Shown here piece by piece: positions 1-6,692 of a stretch of DNA of 8,472 bases (positions are counted from its first letter, which is position 1; the number at the start of each line of letters is the position of its first letter). This DNA comes from a virus (taxonomy: Duplodnaviria; Heunggongvirae; Uroviricota; Caudoviricetes), in IMG/VR virus record IMGVR_UViG_2711768073_000015. One strand, written 5' to 3'. A program made the position numbers and the translations under genes. Under the pieces are notes generated by a model. That model saw only the letters and a program-made list of their open reading frames with translations, did no database searches and was not told the DNA's origin.

Positions 1-669
1 TTCCTGAATGGCAATATCGCGGGTGTGGGACACAATGGTGTCGATTTCTTCCGGATGAGCAAAGACCATCATATGCCAGTGCACGGTGCCGTCATGGTGA
101 GGCTCCACCGTGCGGATGCCATACCAGCGCAGGCCGTCGCGGTTCAGTTTCTTGCGGACCGCCGCAAAAAACGTGTTAACCAGGTAATCGCTGGAGTCGC
201 GCATGGTGGCCCCGTTCCATTTGGGGTTCGGATGACCGTTCTCCGTTGTTGCGTGGTATTTTGACGGGCAGGTGACAGTCAGAAACACCGCTCTGTCGCC
301 ACGGGCTTCGGCCAGAAGTTCCAGTCCCTTCATGGTGGCCATCATTTCTGCCTTACGGTGAACCGGGTTACTTACTCCCGCGTAATACACTGTCTCGAGA
401 TCAATCGTGAACCCGTCTTCATTTTCCAGCATGAAACTTTTCAGGAAATCGCGTGTTTTCTCGCGCTGTGCGCGAAACTCGCTTAACGCGTCCTGGCTCA
501 GATAGGGTGATGTTTTTCTGGAAACCAGACAGGCGGCGCGGAGTTGTTCTTCTCTCCACTCGCAACGTAACAGCCACAGTTTGCGTTTCCACCATTCCGC
601 ACAGGTCAGGCGAAGGATTGCGCCCGGCAGCAGCTCCGTGTCCGGTTCATTCCTCCGGTCTTTGTCTGT
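1..669. repeat. Direct repeat copy X1 of the gene A core segment (partner 1426..2094; offset 1425 bp)
   Basis: 1..669 aligns to 1426..2094 with a handful of substitutions and no indels (for example 25 matches 1450 and 453 matches 1878 in the ORF track). Homology may continue left of the window edge. Confidence 0.9.
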
Positions 670-2832
670 ATCAACGCCGTCAGGGAGCTGCGGCCACGGT
701 GCTGGCCGTTCTTCCGGCTGTTCTGTCCCGTTGTTGTCCGTTTCCTGTACACGGGGACAGTTATTGCCACGAGTCCAAGGGGCGGCAGGGCCGCCCTGAA
801 GGTCAAAACCATTTTCGCGGGTGCTGTCTTCCGCTTCCGGTTTGCGTCTTACCAGCTTCCAGTTATCCGGATGCGTGCACACACGGGAGGATTCCCCGAT
901 GAGTGGTGACCAGATCCCATAAATCTGTACGCTCTGTTCGCCGTAATCGTTCAGCTCTTCTGCGAGGTCGTAGGCGGTGCGAATCAGGTAGTCTTTGCGT
1001 GGAACAAGCACGCCACCCTGTTTTTCAATGTAGGTGGCAAAACACCCGGCATCAGCGGCAGCGAGTACCGCATCCATTGCGTCATCCTTCAGCCGTTGCG
1101 GGCCTTCCGGGTTGCGTGCCATCTGGCTGGCAAGGCGGCGTAGTTCACGCCACACCTGACGGGAGGGGATGCCAAAGAACTGGAACTGGCGGACCCGGTG
1201 AAGGCGCGCCCAGCCGATGGCGCGCTCCACGCTCTCGGCCATTGATTTTCCGGTTTCGTGGTCAACGCGTGGCTTGCCCGTTTTCGGGTCGATACCATCC
1301 ACGGCGCGGCTGTCCAGGTTCTTTCCGATGTAGGTGGCGATGTAGCTGGTTGGCGTGCCTTTTGAGCCGTCGACATACTCCACCTTAAAGCGCGGAGTAA
1401 TATCATTGCCCAGCTCGTGGCGGTCTTCCTGAATGGCAATATCGCGGGTGTGGGACACAATGGTGTCGATTTCTTCCGGATGAGCAAAGACCATCATATG
1501 CCAGTGCACGGTGCCGTCATGGTGAGGCTCCACCGTGCGGATGCCATACCAGCGCAGGCCGTCGCGGTTCAGTTTCTTGCGGACCGCCGCAAAAAACGTG
1601 TTAACCAGGTAATCGCTGGAGTCGCGCATGGTGGCCCCGTTCCATTTGGGATTCGGATGACCGTTCTCTGTTGTGGCGTGGTATTTTGACGGGCAGGTGA
1701 CAGTCAGAAACACCGCTCTGTCGCCACGGGCTTCGGCCAGAAGTTCCAGCCCCTTCATGGTGGCCATCATTTCTGCCTTACGGTGAATCGGGTTACTTAC
1801 TCCCGCGTAATACACTGTCTCGAGATCAATCGTGAACCCGTCTTCGTTTTCCAGCATGAAACTTTTCAGGAAATCGCGTGTTTTCTCGCGCTGTGCGCGA
1901 AACTCGCTTAACGCGTCCTGGCTCAGATAGGGTGATGTTTTTCTGGAAACCAGACAGGCGGCGCGGAGTTGTTCTTCTCTCCACTCGCAACGTAACAGCC
2001 ACAGTTTGCGTTTCCACCATTCCGCACAGGTCAGGCGAAGGATTGCGCCCGGCAGCAGCTCCGTGTCCGGTTCATTCCTCCGGTCTTTGTCTGTTGTCAG
2101 AGCGTCATAATGTGGAGGCATAGCGTGCAGGTGTAACGCCATGCGGGCCAGCATCTGATACGCCTTCAGCGTTACATCCATGGTCAGCTCGCCATCGGTC
2201 GCGCCAAAGCCATCGCAGAGTTTTTCAAAAGTGCCACTGAACATCGCCGCCGTCATGGTGGCCAGCGTCTGTATCTGGTGTTTGTTGAGCTGCGGCAGGT
2301 AAAGCAAATCGTCCAGGCGTTCGCGTCCGGCAAGGGAGCGATAGCCCGGTGTCAGCCAGCGGCTGTCGGTGCGGTCCAGACGTTCGAATATTTTGCGCAG
2401 GGTTCCGCGCGCGTAGCGTTCAGCCTGCCAGCTCTTTTTGCCTTTCTGACGATCGGCTTCCTGCTTCTTGCGCAGAAAAGAGAGGTGGCGGCTCAGAGGT
2501 TCACGCAGATAAACGGGAAGCACCTTCAGTGTGGCAAAAGCACGGGCCACCGGGTCTTGTTCTGTTGCCTGACGCTTGCTGATGATGCTTTGTGCCAGCT
2601 TTTCACGCTGTCCGGCTTCCTCAAGGGATGCCATGAGTTTTTTACCCACGGTGGATTGTGCGAAAAAGGCTTCTTCCTTCGCTTCCTGTTCTTCCTGTGC
2701 CCTTTTGTTTGCCTCAAGGTAGTAACGGATGGCGCGTTGCAGGTCGGTTTCAGTTTCCTGCCTGCGCTCCGTAAATCTGGCCGGATCAATGGCTGGCCGT
2801 GGTTCATTCCAGCTCCATGCAAACGCACTCAT
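1..2832 (-). CDS. A: Replication initiation endonuclease, P2 gpA family (HUH rolling-circle initiator); partial, runs off the window at its 3' end; contains an in-frame internal repeat
   Basis: Minus-strand frame (codons at 3k+1..3k+3) is open from ATG 2832..2830 to the window edge in every segment I hand-translated (1..420 and 1321..1440); 421..1320 and 1441..2830 were not fully hand-translated, so that stretch is inferred. The ORF track omits it, presumably because no stop lies inside the window. Translation shows TSPYLSQDALSEFRAQREKTRDFLKSFMLENEDG, the HUH motif GIRTVEPHHDGTVHWHMMVF (encoded at 1486..1545 and again at 61..120) and paired tyrosines SYIATYIGK (1321..1347), matching the motif order I recall for P2 protein A. 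Confidence 0.85.
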   Translation of the reverse strand, partial: MSAFAWSWNEPRPAIDPARFTERRQETETDLQRAIRYYLEANKRAQEEQEAKEEAFFAQSTVGKKLMASLEEAGQREKLAQSIISKRQATEQDPVARAFATLKVLPVYLREPLSRHLSFLRKKQEADRQKGKKSWQAERYARGTLRKIFERLDRTDSRWLTPGYRSLAGRERLDDLLYLPQLNKHQIQTLATMTAAMFSGTFEKLCDGFGATDGELTMDVTLKAYQMLARMALHLHAMPPHYDALTTDKDRRNEPDTELLPGAILRLTCAEWWKRKLWLLRCEWREEQLRAACLVSRKTSPYLSQDALSEFRAQREKTRDFLKSFMLENEDGFTIDLETVYYAGVSNPIHRKAEMMATMKGLELLAEARGDRAVFLTVTCPSKYHATTENGHPNPKWNGATMRDSSDYLVNTFFAAVRKKLNRDGLRWYGIRTVEPHHDGTVHWHMMVFAHPEEIDTIVSHTRDIAIQEDRHELGNDITPRFKVEYVDGSKGTPTSYIATYIGKNLDSRAVDGIDPKTGKPRVDHETGKSMAESVERAIGWARLHRVRQFQFFGIPSRQVWRELRRLASQMARNPEGPQRLKDDAMDAVLAAADAGCFATYIEKQGGVLVPRKDYLIRTAYDLAEELNDYGEQSVQIYGIWSPLIGESSRVCTHPDNWKLVRRKPEAEDSTRENGFDLQGGPAAPWTRGNNCPRVQETDNNGTEQPEERPAPWPQLPDGVDTDKDRRNEPDTELLPGAILRLTCAEWWKRKLWLLRCEWREEQLRAACLVSRKTSPYLSQDALSEFRAQREKTRDFLKSFMLENEDGFTIDLETVYYAGVSNPVHRKAEMMATMKGLELLAEARGDRAVFLTVTCPSKYHATTENGHPNPKWNGATMRDSSDYLVNTFFAAVRKKLNRDGLRWYGIRTVEPHHDGTVHWHMMVFAHPEEIDTIVSHTRDIAIQE
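1426..2094. repeat. Direct repeat copy X2 (partner 1..669)
   Basis: Same alignment. Identity ends at 2094/2095, where the two copies continue into different sequence (670.. versus 2095..). Confidence 0.9.
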
Positions 2833-2921
2833 GGCTGGTATCCCGTCACGCGCTGCCACTCCTGTGAGAAGAGGGCGGAAAGGCGGTTAAATTCAGCGGA
2901 GTATTCAATCAGCGAGGCACA
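1799..2921. repeat. Tandem duplication unit, copy 1 (1123 bp)
   Basis: 1799..2921 aligns to 2922..4044 at a constant offset of 1123 with scattered substitutions (for example g2825 versus t3948). The two copies abut directly, head to tail. Confidence 0.9.
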
Positions 2922-3955
2922 ACTCCCGCGTAATACACTGTCTCGAGATCAATCGTGAACCCGTCTTCATTTTCCAGCATGAAACTTTTCAGGAAATCGC
3001 GTGTTTTCTCGCGCTGTGCGCGAAACTCGCTTAACGCGTCCTGGCTCAGATAGGGTGATGTTTTTCTGGAAACCAGACAGGCGGCGCGGAGTTGTTCTTC
3101 TCTCCACTCGCAACGTAACAGCCACAGTTTGCGTTTCCACCATTCCGCACAGGTCAGGCGAAGGATTGCGCCCGGCAGCAGCTCCGTGTCCGGTTCGTTC
3201 CTCCGGTCTTTGTCTGTTGTCAGTGCGTCATAATGTGGAGGCATGGCGTGCAGGTGTAACGCCATGCGGGCCAGCATCTGATACGCCTTCAGCGTTACAT
3301 CCATGGTCAGTTCGCCATCAGTCGCGCCAAAGCCATCGCAGAGTTTTTCGAAGGTGCTGCTGAACATCGCCGCCGTCATGGTGGCCAGCGTCTGTATCTG
3401 GTGTTTGTTGAGCTGCGGCAGGTAAAGCAAATCGTCCAGGCGTTCGCGTCCGGCAAGGGAGCGATAGCCCGGTGTCAGCCAGCGGCTGTCGGTGCGGTCC
3501 AGACGTTCGAATATTTTGCGCAGGGTTCCGCGCGCGTAGCGTTCAGCCTGCCAGCTCTTTTTGCCTTTCTGACGATCGGCTTCCTGCTTCTTGCGCAGAA
3601 AAGAGAGGTGGCGGCTCAGAGGTTCACGCAGATAAACGGGAAGCACCTTCAGTGTGGCAAAAGCACGGGCCACCGGGTCTTGTTCTGTTGCCTGACGCTT
3701 GCTGATGATGCTTTGTGCCAGCTTTTCACGCTGTCCGGCTTCCTCAAGGGATGCCATGAGTTTTTTACCCACGGTGGATTGTGCGAAAAAGGCTTCCTCC
3801 TTCGCTTCCTGTTCTTCCAGAGCCTTTTTGTCTGCCTCAAGGTAGTAACGGATGGCGCGTTGCAGGTCGGTTTCAGTTTCCTGCCTGTGCTCCGTAAATC
3901 TGGCCGGATCAATGGCTGGTCGTGGTTCATTCCAGCTCCATGCAAACTCACTCAT
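2909..3955 (-). pseudogene. Truncated 5' duplicate of replication gene A (348 codons; lacks HUH and Tyr core)
   Basis: ATG at 3955..3953 overlaps the TGA of the upstream ORF (ATGA). Translation MSEFAWSWNEPRPAID... is near-identical to the N-terminus of the copy starting at 2832. The frame breaks 13 nt after the duplication junction (2921/2922) at TGA 2911..2909 because the 1123-bp unit is not a multiple of 3. The ORF track lists it from a GTG at 3982. Confidence 0.6.
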
Positions 3956-4044
3956 GGCTGGTATCCCGTCACGCGCTGCCACTCCTGCAAGAAGATGGTG
4001 GAAAGGCGGTTAAATTCAGCGGTGTATTCACTCAGCGAGGCACA
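2922..4044. repeat. Tandem duplication unit, copy 2 (1123 bp)
   Basis: As above. The segment 2922..3217 is a third copy of 374..669 and 1799..2094. Confidence 0.9.
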
Positions 4045-4341
4045 CCCGCCAGCAGTGCGATGCGCCAGCATTGCCGCAAATACGGAGGCCGGGGAGTCGT
4101 AATACGCCAGCAGTGATTCGCCGTGCGGTGTCAGGCAGTGCAACGCCAGTCCGTGTGGTGTGAAGTCCACGCGGTAGCAGTCGTCTACTGTGAAATAAAG
4201 GGTATCCACATTCTCCGGTTTTGTAGTGCGTGCTCTGTTGTCACGACCACGGATGTAAAGATCAAATAATCCTTGGAGAACGGGAGCCAGACGGGTGTCC
4301 TGTGTGCGCACCCATCTTGTGAAGTCATGAGCGTCAATCAT
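3952..4341 (-). CDS. Hypothetical phage early protein (129 aa), immediately upstream of and coupled to gene A
   Basis: ORF track; ATG at 4341; stop TGA 3954..3952 overlaps the A-type start codon. A copy of its last 89 bp is duplicated at 2833..2921. Confidence 0.6.
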   Translation of the reverse strand: MIDAHDFTRWVRTQDTRLAPVLQGLFDLYIRGRDNRARTTKPENVDTLYFTVDDCYRVDFTPHGLALHCLTPHGESLLAYYDSPASVFAAMLAHRTAGGCASLSEYTAEFNRLSTIFLQEWQRVTGYQP

Positions 4342-4449
4342 GCTGCAATTCTCTCTACTAAGGATGTGCGAAGGCTTCCTGCCAAAAAACTCAGAAGCGG
4401 TCGGTTACAGAAATTGGCGTTCTACGAGTAGTTATTGCTGGCTTGAGGT

Positions 4450-4668
4450 TCATTTCTGTTTAATTCCGTGCATGCTGTAGAAGAAATCAAAAGTGTTATC
4501 TATGCGTATCATGAGCTCACGCTGCATCGCTTCTGGTGTTTCTGGTTCACCTGGTGAGCCAACTCCCGCGAAGAAATCACCGATCTCGCTTTGAATAAGT
4601 GCCTTTAGCGTTGCTGAGGAATTCAGGTGTGTGCGGTGATGTCTGCGAGTGATTCTTCTCCTGCTCAT
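4450..4668 (-). CDS. Hypothetical small phage protein (72 aa)
   Basis: ORF track; ATG 4668..4666 overlaps the TGA 4667..4665 of the upstream ORF (ATGA coupling). Confidence 0.5.
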   Translation of the reverse strand: MSRRRITRRHHRTHLNSSATLKALIQSEIGDFFAGVGSPGEPETPEAMQRELMIRIDNTFDFFYSMHGIKQK

Positions 4669-4868
4669 TTACGTGAATCCTGTACCTGTCGGATAAGATT
4701 CACCCGCGCCACATTAGTGGCGCAGAAGTAAGTACCGTCAGTGAGATAGATGTGGTGTGCATCCTTTTCTGAGCGGTGTTTGTCGATTGTGGTAATCAGG
4801 CGTTCGTCGACTTCGTATTCACGTCCTCTGGAAGTGAAACGAACGACAGGAAAATGCTTAATTGCCAT
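4665..4868 (-). CDS. Hypothetical small phage protein (67 aa)
   Basis: ORF track; ATG 4868..4866 preceded on the minus strand by AGGAGG (complement of 4873..4878) with a 4-nt spacer. Confidence 0.55.
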   Translation of the reverse strand: MAIKHFPVVRFTSRGREYEVDERLITTIDKHRSEKDAHHIYLTDGTYFCATNVARVNLIRQVQDSRK

Positions 4869-4955
4869 TACGCCTCCTGGGCGTGTGCGAATACCTCCGC
4901 GAATGCGGATTGTTTTTACATTTTCTTATTTAACCTAGGGTTTTTATTTGCGCTG

Positions 4956-5069
4956 TTATTCGCCAGTGAAAAAGCGTTCAATCTTTTTTACTGAATGAAT
5001 AATTTGCATAATCCCAATGGCGCAGACCACCGAAATAATCAGAACAAGCCATGAGATAAATATACTCAT
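4956..5069 (-). CDS. Putative small hydrophobic membrane peptide (37 aa, MSIFISWLVLIISVVCAIGIMQIIHSVKKIERFFTGE)
   Basis: Hand-translated; not in the ORF track (too short). ATG 5069..5067 overlaps the TGA 5068..5066 of the upstream 80-aa ORF; stop TAA at 4958..4956. Residues 3 to 24 are almost entirely hydrophobic, consistent with one transmembrane helix. Confidence 0.4.
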   Translation of the reverse strand: MSIFISWLVLIISVVCAIGIMQIIHSVKKIERFFTGE

Positions 5070-5308
5070 GCAATATTCCCCAGCTTATACGGTTCAATAT
5101 GCTCCCCGCATTCTGCGGCACAGATCAGCTCGGAAAGTTCGTTAAGTGCATCCAGATCATCAGCGTAAAAAGCCACGTCATACAGACTCCGGATTGCCCT
5201 GGTCAATGAGTCACGGGCTGCACGTTCAGCATGAGCACCTGATGCACTTAAGCGAAAATAAAAACGCTCAAGTGCTTTGTTAATGAGAGTTTTATATTCT
5301 TTGCCCAT
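5066..5308 (-). CDS. Hypothetical small phage protein (80 aa)
   Basis: ORF track; ATG 5308..5306; lies 11 nt downstream of the stop of the preceding ORF in the same operon. Confidence 0.55.
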   Translation of the reverse strand: MGKEYKTLINKALERFYFRLSASGAHAERAARDSLTRAIRSLYDVAFYADDLDALNELSELICAAECGEHIEPYKLGNIA

Positions 5309-5319
5309 CGCAACGCCCT

Positions 5320-5598
5320 TTAATCTGCTTTCTGAATTTCAGCTTCTGAATCTATACAAATAATTTCGATATAGGGTTCATCGCCATTAATCTTACGTGC
5401 TTTTTCAGCTTCGCTAATGATTCCGTGTACAGTCTGGTACGGAAGTTCTACGGTCAGGCGCGTGCCGTTCAGATAAACGTAAGTAGCTGCATTTTTTTCT
5501 GATGGGACAACTCCATCAATAGCTGATGCGCGCAATAACAGTTCACCGCGAAAATCAATAAAACGGATAAATACACCTTGTGCATGCTCTTTGGTCAT
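5320..5598 (-). CDS. Hypothetical small phage protein (92 aa; start chosen at internal ATG)
   Basis: ORF track gives 5320..5697, but that N-terminus overlaps the upstream ORF. ATG at 5598..5596 is preceded by AGGTG (complement of 5603..5607) and lies 10 nt after the upstream stop (5611..5609). Confidence 0.5.
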   Translation of the reverse strand: MTKEHAQGVFIRFIDFRGELLLRASAIDGVVPSEKNAATYVYLNGTRLTVELPYQTVHGIISEAEKARKINGDEPYIEIICIDSEAEIQKAD

Positions 5599-5608
5599 AA
5601 CGCACCTG

Positions 5609-5947
5609 TTATAAATCAGTCTGTTTAATAAAACTTTGCCTGCGAAGCAGACGATCAACCGTGCGAAGTGCTTCGTACAATGTGAAATCCTGTCCAAACT
5701 GATTGTCGCCGTTGCTCAGAGCAAAAATGCGGTTTCCGGTAAATGGGTTGCGTTGGCATCTCTGAACCACGATTCCAGCTTTTTCAATCAGCCAGGTGTG
5801 TTCGCCAATTTGTTTTACTGTATGGCCATCTGGCGTTGCGTGCGTCTCGCTCAGGCTGTAGCGGATGTTGCTGCGTGATGCGCTGGTAGCGAAACGGTTA
5901 GCTTGGCGTTCCGTTTCGGTGCGAAAATTACGGCGTTGCTTCAGCAT
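5609..5947 (-). CDS. Hypothetical phage early protein (112 aa)
   Basis: ORF track; ATG 5947..5945 preceded by GAGGTG (complement of 5953..5958); 14 nt after the stop of the first early gene. Confidence 0.55.
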   Translation of the reverse strand: MLKQRRNFRTETERQANRFATSASRSNIRYSLSETHATPDGHTVKQIGEHTWLIEKAGIVVQRCQRNPFTGNRIFALSNGDNQFGQDFTLYEALRTVDRLLRRQSFIKQTDL

Positions 5948-5961
5948 AAAATGACACCTCG

Positions 5962-6240
5962 TTATTTTGTCATCTGCACGTATTTCTCTGCGTTTCTGAT
6001 GGTTTTCAGGAAAATTGCGAAGAGATTTACTGTACGTTTTGAGTTTTTTTCTTCTTGGTTGATGGGAAGGGCTGCTCTGTCAGCCTGCCTTTTCACTGCA
6101 TTAACAGTTTGATTGGTACGCTTCGCGTAATCTTTCAGGCTTTCTTCGAGTACCGGTAATCCATGCTCATCGCGGTATGGGTAGAACGCCGCCAAACGCT
6201 CAAAATCCGCTTGCTCGTATGTGTTCAAGAGCTTTGTCAT
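5962..6240 (-). CDS. First gene of the early (lytic) operon, in the Cox/Apl position; sequence not recognisably P2 Cox
   Basis: ORF track (92 aa); divergent from the C-like repressor gene across a 91-bp switch region. The call is positional only. Confidence 0.5.
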   Translation of the reverse strand: MTKLLNTYEQADFERLAAFYPYRDEHGLPVLEESLKDYAKRTNQTVNAVKRQADRAALPINQEEKNSKRTVNLFAIFLKTIRNAEKYVQMTK

Positions 6241-6331
6241 GATGTGATAACCTGTTCAGTCTGTGGTTATTTGTTGCTAAAAGTCGTCTATAGGCGACTT
6301 TTAGGGTTAATTTAGTCGTCTGGAGACCACC
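6241..6331. promoter_or_regulatory. Divergent immunity-switch region with candidate operator sites
   Basis: Near-perfect 28-bp palindrome ctaaaagtcgtcta/taggcgacttttag at 6277..6304 (10-bp arms perfect, one mismatch in the inner 4 bp). Direct repeats of agtcgtct at 6282..6289 and 6314..6321. GGAG at 6322..6325 sits 6 nt before the repressor ATG at 6332. Confidence 0.5.
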
Positions 6332-6643
6332 ATGTCAAGTGGGTACGAAAAAAAACTGAAAGAGATACGGAAAAGTGAAGGGTTAACTCAAGCTGAGTTT
6401 GCTGATGTTACTGGGATAAATCTCGGAACTATAAAGAATTATGAGAGCGGTAAAAGAGAGGTTGGTTTAAGCGTTGTTGATCGCGTAATTAATTCTAAGG
6501 ATTTCGAAAAATACACTATATGGCTTATGACGGGAAAAACAAATGAGGCTGCTGGGCAGATCAGTCCCTCTCTCTCCCCTGATGGGCCAGAAAACACATC
6601 GTCTTCTCAAAAGCCCCGCAAGACTGGTACACAGCCCGGCTAA
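6332..6643 (+). CDS. C: Immunity repressor, P2 C-like (helix-turn-helix)
   Basis: ORF track (103 aa). The segments LTQAEFADVTGINLGTIKNYESGKRE and FEKYTIWLMTGKTNEAAGQISPSLSPDG closely parallel the P2 C repressor as I recall it. Positioned immediately upstream of int on the same strand, as in P2. Confidence 0.8.
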   Translation: MSSGYEKKLKEIRKSEGLTQAEFADVTGINLGTIKNYESGKREVGLSVVDRVINSKDFEKYTIWLMTGKTNEAAGQISPSLSPDGPENTSSSQKPRKTGTQPG

Positions 6644-6692
6644 TCATGGAACGCTGGGGGCATGGTGGTCTTGTAACGCTGGGGTTTCACGA

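Noticed and set aside
453-1388. Plus-strand ORFs 453..902 and 903..1388 (Arg/Cys/Pro-rich translations)
   Set aside because: They are antisense to the well-supported gpA frame, and their low-complexity composition is typical of the opposite strand of a GC-rich gene. The same applies to 25..264, 1417..1689, 1878..2123 and 3001..3363.
1-4044. Possibility that the large repeats are a CRISPR array or an IS/transposon
   Set aside because: The repeats are 0.3 to 1.1 kb coding segments of gene A in direct orientation, not short repeat-spacer units, and no transposase ORF or terminal inverted repeats are present.
2278-4102. Long plus-strand ORFs 2278..2958 and 3401..4102 (226 and 233 aa) and the nested 77-aa ORFs
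   Set aside because: They are duplicated antisense shadows of the gene A N-terminal region, with no RBS context and Cys/Phe/Leu-rich junk-like sequence. The minus strand carries the recognisable gpA homology.
6543-6692. Upstream ATG (6543) giving a 375-aa integrase
   Set aside because: It would overlap the 3' end of the repressor gene in another frame and add an N-terminal extension unlike P2-type integrases. ATG 6693 (MSIKS...) gives a typical ~325-aa product.
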